Below are positions 1 to 7,846 of a stretch of 33,794 bases of DNA, in pieces; position 1 is the stretch's first letter; every line of letters starts with the position of its first letter. The DNA is taken from NCBI GenBank assembly GCA_964558645.1, contig CAZLEV010000009.1, positions 108,249-142,042 of the forward strand, written 5' to 3'. The position numbers were made by a program, and so were the translations under genes. Origin of the DNA: an uncultured archaeon. GTDB lineage: Archaea > Asgardarchaeota > Thorarchaeia > Thorarchaeales > Thorarchaeaceae. The notes below the pieces were generated by a model. That model saw only the letters and a program-made list of their open reading frames with translations, was not told where the DNA came from and did no database searches.

Positions 1-964
1 TGTTGGGTGAGGAGCTAAGGTAGATCCCACATTCGGCGTTATCTTCGAGCGTGTTATTCGCCAGAATGGTGTCACTCACCTTGTAGAGTGAGATTCCACT
101 CCTAGAGTTGCTCGTTAGAGTATTATCTAGAATCTCATTCTCATCCGAATACCAATAGAGGTATACGCCGTGGTACCTGTTCTGCGAGATGATGTTTCCT
201 ACAAGGCGATTATCGTCTGAGTAGGATAGATAGGCGCCACTCTCTTCGCCCCCGAGAATCGTGTTATTCCCGAGGGTGTTTGCGGAGGAGCCGTAGAGCT
301 CTATACCGTTACCTGAACTATTCCTCACGTGGTTGTTGATGATGACGTTGGCAGAGCCACCATAGACGTGGATCCCTTGCTGGCTGGTATTGCTGATTGT
401 GTTGTTGAACAGAGTGCAGTTCACAGATCCCCAACACTGTATGCCCATCCCTGTGAATGGTGCGCCGGAGCCTATGTTTCTTATGCTATTATTTGCAATC
501 ACATTCTCTGATGAATCGCCCACCACCACACCCTTTCTTCTTGCGTAGACAAGGTTGTTGCTGATTTCTCCGTGAGTGACGTTGTCCAAAAATACCCCAT
601 CACCGTCGAATCCACCTGCGAGGAGGCAATCGCGGATGATGAAGTATGCATCAGTATCTGCAATCCGGATGGAAGTCTCGGTGCTAGTGATATTGAAGCC
701 CTCGATGATGTACGGATTGGTCGAGGATCCATCGCCTGGAAAGCCTGCCGATGCGAACTCCTCATTCGAGCTGATCATGATGGGGTCATGAGTCACATAG
801 GATGCAGCCACGGCACCGGGCAGTGGGTCTTCTATTTCATCAACGGCTCTTGTTGTAGCGGGATGGAGAACGGTAGGATCTTGAACCAGAACCAACCAGC
901 GTGCGAGAAGGAGAAAGACGATCCCCATTGTGAGAATGCGCACAGACATCAGTCTACCATTCAT
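1..964 (-). CDS. Secreted parallel beta-helix repeat (PbH1/NosD/CASH-like) surface protein, truncated at window start
   Basis: Absent from the ORF track because it runs off the edge. My translation from ATG 964 (GGAGTGAG upstream) is open to position 2: MNGRLMSVRILTMGIVFLLLARWLVLV (signal/TM), then HDPIMISSNEEFASAGFPGDGSSTNPYIIEGFNI, then ~22-23 aa repeats such as GIELYGSSANTLGNNTI and GVYLYWYSDENEILDNTL. Confidence 0.85.
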   Translation of the reverse strand, partial: MNGRLMSVRILTMGIVFLLLARWLVLVQDPTVLHPATTRAVDEIEDPLPGAVAASYVTHDPIMISSNEEFASAGFPGDGSSTNPYIIEGFNITSTETSIRIADTDAYFIIRDCLLAGGFDGDGVFLDNVTHGEISNNLVYARRKGVVVGDSSENVIANNSIRNIGSGAPFTGMGIQCWGSVNCTLFNNTISNTSQQGIHVYGGSANVIINNHVRNSSGNGIELYGSSANTLGNNTILGGEESGAYLSYSDDNRLVGNIISQNRYHGVYLYWYSDENEILDNTLTSNSRSGISLYKVSDTILANNTLEDNAECGIYLSSSPN

Positions 965-1086
965 CCTGGGCACTCACTCCTCTGACTCCAAGCATCGGCG
1001 AACGACACTCCCATGTACATAACAAATCGGCGTTGATTTCAGTCTTACCGTCGGTGTCATCCACCTGAATAGTAGTTCCCTCCATG

Positions 1087-1106
1087 AGCCCTCGAACCCG
1101 AAGGCT
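1087..1106 (-). terminator. Short stem-loop downstream of the S8 protease stop (possible terminator or mRNA-stabilising hairpin)
   Basis: Minus strand AGCCTTCG-GGTT-CGAGGGCT forms an 8-bp stem with one G-U pair, ~25 nt after the stop at 1132. There is no clear U-tract. Confidence 0.25.
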
Positions 1107-1131
1107 GCGTACAGTGGACGATGCAACCCTG

Positions 1132-3108
1132 TCATGGCGTGTAGAATCCACAGTCATCACTCAGAACCCGTATCTTGATGTAGTCCATGACCCACGAGTC
1201 CGACTCATCATCCCAGGACTCTGAGGATGCGTATATCTGAATGGTGAAGGTGTCACTGGAGATGTACCCGCCCACATCTAGCGTGAACTCAGTGCCGACT
1301 GGCAGTGTCCACGTGCTGCCACCTATCTTCAGGATAAGGTCCTCCGAGCCGGTCTGCGACCCTAGCTTCAGCTGCAGCTGGGCGTCGTGGTATGCATCGT
1401 AATCCAGGTCTGTGAAGGCGAACTGGTGATTGAACTTCTTGCAGGAGTATCTGGTTCGTATCCTGTGCTCATCAACACCAACGAACTGAGAATCGCTCAC
1501 TGTGGCCTCATATCTGACCTTGAAGTCTCCGTGTAAATACTGATAGTCTGTTGATGACCAGGTGGCCTGATACCAGAAGTTATGCGGGCTACAGTCCATG
1601 ATCAGATCCCAGTTGCCGTACCAGTCGTGGGCGTAGACCTTGAGTGTCCCTCCGAAATAGGATGTCCTGTAGTAGAACTCGAGATACACCCTGTTTGCGT
1701 GGCCGGTGCTATAGGACTTGGACACGAGGTCGCCTTGGGTGGTGAAGCCATAGTCGAACTGTGCATACCCCCCACTCCAGCCGCCCGAGCTACGTCTGTT
1801 CCAGCCCAAGTCCGCATCCCACCCCGTGGGCACCCACGTATTGAAACTCTCTACGTCCCAAGAGGTATAGGTCTGATGCGATGCCTCTGAGAAGGTGGCT
1901 GAGCCAGAGCCCGGGATGCTTCCGGACACAGTCCCATAGATCTGAGTCTTTGAGTCCGAGTAGTCATACCAGTTGAGCATGCTCTTCTCTGCCATGATGC
2001 AGCCATGACCCTGCTCGTAAGGTTTATCACCGCTGTAGCGTATCTCTGCGTTCTCGACAAGCTGCGATTCTACGAAGGCTGGAGTTATCTCCTGAGGCCG
2101 CTGTGATTCGGGAGTCTTGCGGTACTGCTCTAACAGGCATGCAGTAATACCTGCCGCCATCGCGGTGGCAGGACTTGTACCCGTGGAGTTCCTGTAGCTG
2201 GACCCATCTTTGTCGGTTGTATAGATGTGAACACCCGCTGCCATCAGCTCCAATTCAGGTCCGTAGTTAGATCCGGGGCCATCGTCGGTATACCATCGTT
2301 GACCGGGGTATCGCAGTGTGTCATTATCAGCTGATTCGGCATCGTAGACCGCTCCAATAGTCATCAGTCCCTCAGTATCATGTAGCTCTTTGGCCGGGAA
2401 GCTGACCCCACCATTCTCATTTCCAGTGGCTATTGTCACAATGACTCCGTCGCTCACGAGAGTTAGCAGAGTGTTCTTCATATGGTACAACACCGTTTCA
2501 TCAACACCGTCTGTATCGGGGTATCCCCAGCTACATGATACTATGTCTATCCAGGTCTCATCAAGGTTTTCGACAATATGCTGAAGTGCCGCAGTCTTAA
2601 TCTGAATCATGTCCTCTAGGCTATTGCCTGTAAAGGGGCGAGCCTCATAGATAGTGAGGCTGGCTTCAGGCGCAAATCGGGCAACGACTCCGGTCATTGC
2701 TGTTCCGTGTCCATCATCATTATCATCGAGAAGTCCATCATTCCATCCACTGGAGGCTGCTGATATCGTAAGATCTTCGTTGACCTGATAGTAGCCCTCA
2801 AGAGACATAGAGTTATAGAACGAGTGACTGACACATCCTGCGTCCACAATCTCAATGGTCACACTCTCACCCTTGTGTCCGAGGTCATGAAGCTTGTCGA
2901 CCCCCATCCATGCAATTTCACCTGTAGTACCCGCAATCACATGTGCAGGCACGAAGAAGAGTATCGAAGACAGGGCCAAGAGTATTAGTACCGTGTTCCT
3001 TCTCCGTCTCAGTTCCGTTTTCATCGCCGTCACCATCTTGGTGGCTGATGGCATATCATCTACGACAGACTCAGTACGGTTCTCAGTACAAACGCCATCC
3101 ACTACCAC
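1132..3108 (-). CDS. Secreted S8 (subtilisin-like) serine peptidase with C-terminal beta-sandwich domain(s)
   Basis: Signal peptide RRRRNTVLILLALSSILFFVPAHVIA. Intact triad IVDAG, GHGTAM, TGTSPA and oxyanion ATGNE. Trp/Tyr-rich beta C-terminus. The real start may be a downstream Met (MPSATK or MKTEL). Confidence 0.85.
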   Translation of the reverse strand: MVVDGVCTENRTESVVDDMPSATKMVTAMKTELRRRRNTVLILLALSSILFFVPAHVIAGTTGEIAWMGVDKLHDLGHKGESVTIEIVDAGCVSHSFYNSMSLEGYYQVNEDLTISAASSGWNDGLLDDNDDGHGTAMTGVVARFAPEASLTIYEARPFTGNSLEDMIQIKTAALQHIVENLDETWIDIVSCSWGYPDTDGVDETVLYHMKNTLLTLVSDGVIVTIATGNENGGVSFPAKELHDTEGLMTIGAVYDAESADNDTLRYPGQRWYTDDGPGSNYGPELELMAAGVHIYTTDKDGSSYRNSTGTSPATAMAAGITACLLEQYRKTPESQRPQEITPAFVESQLVENAEIRYSGDKPYEQGHGCIMAEKSMLNWYDYSDSKTQIYGTVSGSIPGSGSATFSEASHQTYTSWDVESFNTWVPTGWDADLGWNRRSSGGWSGGYAQFDYGFTTQGDLVSKSYSTGHANRVYLEFYYRTSYFGGTLKVYAHDWYGNWDLIMDCSPHNFWYQATWSSTDYQYLHGDFKVRYEATVSDSQFVGVDEHRIRTRYSCKKFNHQFAFTDLDYDAYHDAQLQLKLGSQTGSEDLILKIGGSTWTLPVGTEFTLDVGGYISSDTFTIQIYASSESWDDESDSWVMDYIKIRVLSDDCGFYTP

Positions 3109-4104
3109 ACAGGTTCATTAGAGGATTCCCTAATAAATTCTGCTCTTCAAATGAATTATTATCCAAAAAGAGAAACTCGGCGAGTATTGAGCATCTGGAT
3201 GATGAGTCCGGCGGGGCGGCGAAGTAAGCACCAAGCTCCGGCGAGGTGTTCAATCCACCGCTTGGACTGTCTGAGGCGAATGTGTTTCTCAACGCCAATC
3301 ATACAAGAGGCCGGTATGAACCCGGCAACCAGAAAGCTGACGGTGGCGTATCATTATCAATGGTTGCGGGACTCTCGCAGGAATGGATAGACCCCCATAG
3401 GATCTGACCCCGTAGGTGGTTGCCATGGCATCGTTGCGGACTTCACATCTATCGGCAGACTGCATTCATAAGATCCTGCGGTAGTATCTGAGATTATGTC
3501 GGCGACAGATGAAAAAGATGCTTCTCTCAAGGAAACGACTCGATGACACAATTGGATGACTCCACTGAGAAACTGTTGAACCGTATTCTTGTGCAACGAA
3601 GACGCGCAAAAGGTTCTTGGATAATTGGATCTGTAGTAAGACGAGTGGAAGCAGTTACGATACGTATTGGGATTCGGGATGGACTCGGACAAAACACTGA
3701 CTTGTGCAAGAATTTCGAGATTCGTTTTGTGATTGCTGTTAACTATCAAGATAGACACTCAACTGATGACCTTGATCTTGGAATGATTGCTTATTGGTGA
3801 TGAAGCCCTTCTTCGCAGTGTGTGATTTTGGCAACACCGTGAGAAAGGCGGAGATAGGGGTGTAGTGGCAATACTCCATCAGCTGGTCTACAAGACCCTC
3901 GCCTGATGTGTTTGTGTCGGTGTGCTGGGCAAAACCACTGGACCCTCCATGAGAATTCGCGCCATGAATTTGTTTGCTAGCCCCACATAGGCTACGACAG
4001 TACATCATGAACAAACCCTGCGAAACCCCTGGCATCAATAAGGACAAGTGTCCCAGATTCGCCATGGGCTAGTGGAAGCTGATGACCATCTGGATAGTGT
4101 ATCT

Positions 4105-4158
4105 GGGCTGAGCCGAATGAGCTCGGCTCAACCTTTCACTTAGCTTTCTTCCTCTTTT
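4105..4158 (+). terminator. Stem-loop followed by pyrimidine/T-rich tract
   Basis: TGAGCCGA (4109-4116) and TCGGCTCA (4123-4130) form a perfect 8-bp inverted repeat, followed by ACCTTTCACTTAGCTTTCTTCCTCTTTT. Confidence 0.35.
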
Positions 4159-4238
4159 GCAGATTCTCCACGGCCAGATTTCAGAGCAAGAGTTATCAGG
4201 AACAATCGTTCAGAGCTTCACCCTACTGGTGAGGTGCA

Positions 4239-4505
4239 ATGGTCAAAGCATATGTCCTGATCAAAGCTGCAAGCGGCAAGGAAGAGGATGTTATCAAGAC
4301 GCTCAACGAGATGTCCGTCACTGACGAAGTGCATGGCGTGTTCGGCGGGTATGACATTGTTGCAGAGATTCGAGGACGGGACATGGAGACCCTGATCGAG
4401 ATAGTCACTGGAAAGATTAGGAAGATCGATGGGATTATGGACACTGAGACACTCTTGATTGTTGACTTTGATCTAGACATATCTTCAAGCAGTCTTGCAT
4501 GCTAG
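4239..4505 (+). CDS. Lrp/AsnC ligand-binding (RAM) domain protein, no HTH
   Basis: MVKAYVLIKA...EVHGVFGGYDIVAEI...KIRKIDGIMDTETL is the typical AsnC C-terminal pattern. Strong GGTGAGGTG RBS upstream. Confidence 0.88.
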   Translation: MVKAYVLIKAASGKEEDVIKTLNEMSVTDEVHGVFGGYDIVAEIRGRDMETLIEIVTGKIRKIDGIMDTETLLIVDFDLDISSSSLAC

Positions 4506-4646
4506 ACACAAGTCAGACGATTGCAAGAGGAAAAAGAGAGCCGAACGAACGCGTGGTGGTTGGTTCTTCGAGTCTGTCCGCAAATCTGTTAAATGCATGT
4601 TCCCTTACCAGAGAGTGGGATTACCAATTCAGGAGTGTATTCGGGA

Positions 4647-5456
4647 ATGCCTCACAAAACGCTTTCAAGAAAACCGTTCATGCTAATGCTGAAGGATGAC
4701 TCTGGCGAACTCTCACCGGTCAGACTTGACCCAAATCTCGCGAACAGCGAGAATGCGCTTATTGTGCTTGATGAATACAATGACAAGTGCTGGGTCTGGG
4801 TTGGGAGAAACGTTAGTATGCCCACTCGAATGCATGCTCTTAGAATGGGCAGAAGCCTTCAGAAGAGCGGCCATCAAGTGGGTGCAACCACCATCGGCAT
4901 GGCAACACAAGACCTGGTTGAGATACTGGAGAAGAATGACAGCGACCCCGATGTTGCAGCTGCAATAGACGAGTTCCGGAGCGCCATCTCAGGCAGATGG
5001 AAGTTCGATGACAAGTACCTCGCCTACGAAGAACAGAGAGCTGCGGAGTACGAGGCAGAGCCTGTACGGATTAGAGAGACTGCACCTCACGAAGCACCTG
5101 TTGAAGCGCCAACACCCCCTCCTAGGGAGCGTGCCGCAAGCCCCGCACCGCAAGTTGTCAGAGCTGAAACTGTTTCCCCACGTCCCGAACCCGTAAGTCC
5201 GCCTCCAGTTGAGAATCTAGCAGAAAAGAAGGCTGCCTTTCTCCTGTATTCTGCCGTCAAGAATGCAGACCTCATCTATACTGAGAGGTTCGAGAGAGAT
5301 GGGCGAATAGGGGTAAAGATAGAAGCGCCAGGTACCATGGTCGTTGAAGCCGTGATGGACGGCGACAGCTTGATTGTCGAGCCCGCAGACTTTGGCGGCG
5401 GCGAAGAGGCACAGAAGATCAAGCGAGATTTCGAGTCCTGGCTCTCCAAGATGTAG
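4647..5456 (+). CDS. Gelsolin-like domain protein with Pro-rich linker and C-terminal unknown domain
   Basis: LSPVRLDPNLANSENALIVLDEYNDKCWVWVGRNVSMPTRMHALRMGRSL matches the gelsolin repeat core (ivLD...iwvWvG, then long helix). Start chosen at ATG 4647 because AGGAGTG lies at 4631-4637; the ORF track starts at 4593. Confidence 0.7.
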   Translation: MPHKTLSRKPFMLMLKDDSGELSPVRLDPNLANSENALIVLDEYNDKCWVWVGRNVSMPTRMHALRMGRSLQKSGHQVGATTIGMATQDLVEILEKNDSDPDVAAAIDEFRSAISGRWKFDDKYLAYEEQRAAEYEAEPVRIRETAPHEAPVEAPTPPPRERAASPAPQVVRAETVSPRPEPVSPPPVENLAEKKAAFLLYSAVKNADLIYTERFERDGRIGVKIEAPGTMVVEAVMDGDSLIVEPADFGGGEEAQKIKRDFESWLSKM

Positions 5457-5678
5457 AGCTTTTGATGTGCCGCACGAGTCCGACCTGACAGAGAGTTGGG
5501 CTCAAAGAGATGGGCTATTTCGTTCCCAAAGAAACATTATTCTGCCGTCCAAGAAGTTCGAACGCGAAACGGACGGTTTGAAGAAATCACTATTCTTAGT
5601 AGGCATCATAGATAGGATACTTCTCATATCTGACAAACTTAATCAGTTGCGCCTTCTCCAAAATTGTGAGGCTGCCAG

Positions 5679-6617
5679 ATGAGTACTTTGAGATGGAACG
5701 CATTGATGGAAGAGTGGGTCATTGTCACACCCAGAAGGGCAAGACGACCGTTTCAGGACGAGGAGAGGGACTGCCCCTTCTGCCCTGGTCAGCCTGAAAC
5801 CAAGGGAGATTGGGATGTTCTGACCTTGGAGAACAAGTATGCAGCCCTTCGAGAAGAGCCAGGGCCGGTTCCCTTAGATGAGAGTATAGTGATGGAAGCC
5901 CCCGCCTACGGAGTCTCTAAGGTGATTGTCACTTCCCGACATCACGATCAGCAGGTCGAGAACATGAATGAAGAACAACTGACCCGCGTCTTCAATGAGT
6001 ATAGAAGGGTCTTCTTAGAGCTTGATAAGAAAGAGGGGATCAAATATGTCATGGAATTCGAGAACAGGGGAAAGGCAATAGGCGTTAGTCTCAATCACCC
6101 GCACGCTCAAGTCTATGCACTACCGTTCATTCCTCCGCGCATATCGAGAGAGACTCGTGCTTTTCAAAGAAGCTGGGCAGAAGAAAAGAAGTGTCTGATT
6201 TGTCAGATGCTGGAGAGCGAACTCAAGAGTGAGATAAGAGTCGTTCATGAAACTGACAAGTTTGTTTCGCTTGTTCCCTTTGCTGCTAGGCTTCCCTATG
6301 AGGTTCACATCTACCCCAAATGGCATGTTGATAGTCTATCGACAATCTCGGACGAGATCACTAGTTTGGGGCTGATGGTCAAGGATATTGTGAGAAGGTA
6401 TTCCAGAGTCTTCGAGGAGAATGCGTATGTCATGGCGATGCATACACGCCCGTCCATTGGGAAACATCCCTACTGGCACTTCCATATCGAGTTCTATCCG
6501 CCGTGGAGAGATAGAACGCGAATCAAATACTTGGCCGGTATCGAAACTGGTGCCGGTACTTACACTAACGACTCTCGACCTGAAGAAAAGGCCAAGGAAT
6601 TGAGGGAGGCCCTCTGA
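5679..6617 (+). CDS. galT: Galactose-1-phosphate uridylyltransferase
   Basis: LRWNAL..EWVIV..RARRP, CPFCPG zinc motif, FENRG..IGVSLNHPHAQ catalytic HxHxQ, YLAGIE. Adjacent to galK. Confidence 0.93.
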   Translation: MSTLRWNALMEEWVIVTPRRARRPFQDEERDCPFCPGQPETKGDWDVLTLENKYAALREEPGPVPLDESIVMEAPAYGVSKVIVTSRHHDQQVENMNEEQLTRVFNEYRRVFLELDKKEGIKYVMEFENRGKAIGVSLNHPHAQVYALPFIPPRISRETRAFQRSWAEEKKCLICQMLESELKSEIRVVHETDKFVSLVPFAARLPYEVHIYPKWHVDSLSTISDEITSLGLMVKDIVRRYSRVFEENAYVMAMHTRPSIGKHPYWHFHIEFYPPWRDRTRIKYLAGIETGAGTYTNDSRPEEKAKELREAL

Positions 6618-6618
6618 T

Positions 6619-7785
6619 ATGATACTTCCAGAGGTACTCCAGAAAGAGGCAAACACCTTTCTCGGTAATGCTCTGAAAGACGCACTTGTTTCCCGGGCAC
6701 CTGGCAGAGTGGAGATTCTGGGCAACCATACTGACTACAACGGCGGAGCCATTTTGGCGGCGACTATCAGGCGTTTCATCTGGGGTATAGGAGTACTCTC
6801 TGACTCGGACAGAGTGAACATCCGTTCCGTGCGATTCGAAGAGGATGTATCATTCTCCCTCGGTGCATTGAAGCCCACGAACTCCAGGCTGTGGAGTGAC
6901 TATGTGAAGGGAATCTACTGGTCACTCGATAGAAGAGGGCACAACCCGTTGCCAGTGCGTGCAATCGTCCATGGTGATATCCCGCTTGGCGCAGGCCTCA
7001 GTTCCTCCGCAGCTCTGGAGATATCCACGGTTAATCTGGTGTTAGAGTTGAGCGGAGTGGACCTTCCGGAGAAAGCAAAAGCAATGCTTGCGTTCGAGGC
7101 TGAGAGGATCTACTGCGGAGTGGCATGCGGAATCATGGACCAGTTCGCCTCGCAATTGTGCAAACCCGATTCCCTCATTGCTATACAGTGCTCATCTATG
7201 CAGACGCAGGACATTCCTTTTCCCGATGACCTATCCCTGATCATTGTAGATTCAGGCGTATCCAGAGCTGCTGCGGATGCCCTGAATGAGAGAAGGACTG
7301 AATGCAGAACCGCCCTCTCTAGGCTTCAGAAGAAGGGATGGGATAAGAGCAATCTCAGCCAGATAGCACCAAGCGAGTTGAGTCAGGCAGAATCTGTTCT
7401 AAGTAGTGTCCTCTTCAGACGGGTCAGACACGTTGTCATGGAGAATGAACGAGTCCGCAAAGGAATCCATGCACTAGAACAGGGCGATCTAGAAACCTTT
7501 GGAAATCTGCTTTATGAGTCTCACGAATCATCCAAGACCCAGTACGATGTGTCTCATACGTATCTTGACCTGTTGGTCGAAACTTTCAGGAATCAGAAAG
7601 GAGTCATAGGAAGCCGACTAACTGGTGCAGGCTTGGGAGGCTCCGTGCTCGGGGTTGTTGAGAGAGAGCGTGCAACCAATATCAGGAAGCGTATCTCGAA
7701 AGAGTATCTCAGAAAGACCGGCATCGAACCCCAGATTATCGAGTCGACTATCCCAGGTGGAGTCACTCTGTGGAGAAACGAGTAG
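6619..7785 (+). CDS. galK: Galactokinase (GHMP kinase)
   Basis: APGRVEILGNHTDYNGG, PLGAGLSSSAA, CGIMDQ, GSRLTGAGLGGS. Starts 1 nt after the galT stop. Confidence 0.92.
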   Translation: MILPEVLQKEANTFLGNALKDALVSRAPGRVEILGNHTDYNGGAILAATIRRFIWGIGVLSDSDRVNIRSVRFEEDVSFSLGALKPTNSRLWSDYVKGIYWSLDRRGHNPLPVRAIVHGDIPLGAGLSSSAALEISTVNLVLELSGVDLPEKAKAMLAFEAERIYCGVACGIMDQFASQLCKPDSLIAIQCSSMQTQDIPFPDDLSLIIVDSGVSRAAADALNERRTECRTALSRLQKKGWDKSNLSQIAPSELSQAESVLSSVLFRRVRHVVMENERVRKGIHALEQGDLETFGNLLYESHESSKTQYDVSHTYLDLLVETFRNQKGVIGSRLTGAGLGGSVLGVVERERATNIRKRISKEYLRKTGIEPQIIESTIPGGVTLWRNE

Positions 7786-7846
7786 TCGAACGATTCATTA
7801 AACGGGTTGTCGTGTCTTCGATATATGAGTTGCGGGCGGTGACCAT

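Noticed and set aside
329-985. Short + strand ORFs given in the track
   Set aside because: They are antisense to the real minus-strand beta-helix gene that runs off the window.
3195-3226. TGATGAGTCCG...GGCGAAG resembles a hammerhead ribozyme core
   Set aside because: It has ATGATGA instead of CTGANGA and GAAG instead of GAAA, and I could not build stems I and III with a cleavage triplet.
3300-3350. ATGAACCCGGCAACC...ACGGTG resembles the P2/P3 part of a SAM-I riboswitch
   Set aside because: The upstream ATC..GAG..GAGGGA core and the GGTGC-AA-TCC segment are missing, and no Met/SAM gene lies downstream.
5457-5678. Hairpins GAGTCCGAC/GTTGGGCTC and GCCGTCC/GGACGGT after the gelsolin-like gene, considered as a SECIS element
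   Set aside because: No nearby gene shows an in-frame TGA at a conserved Cys position. They are probably ordinary 3'-UTR structures.
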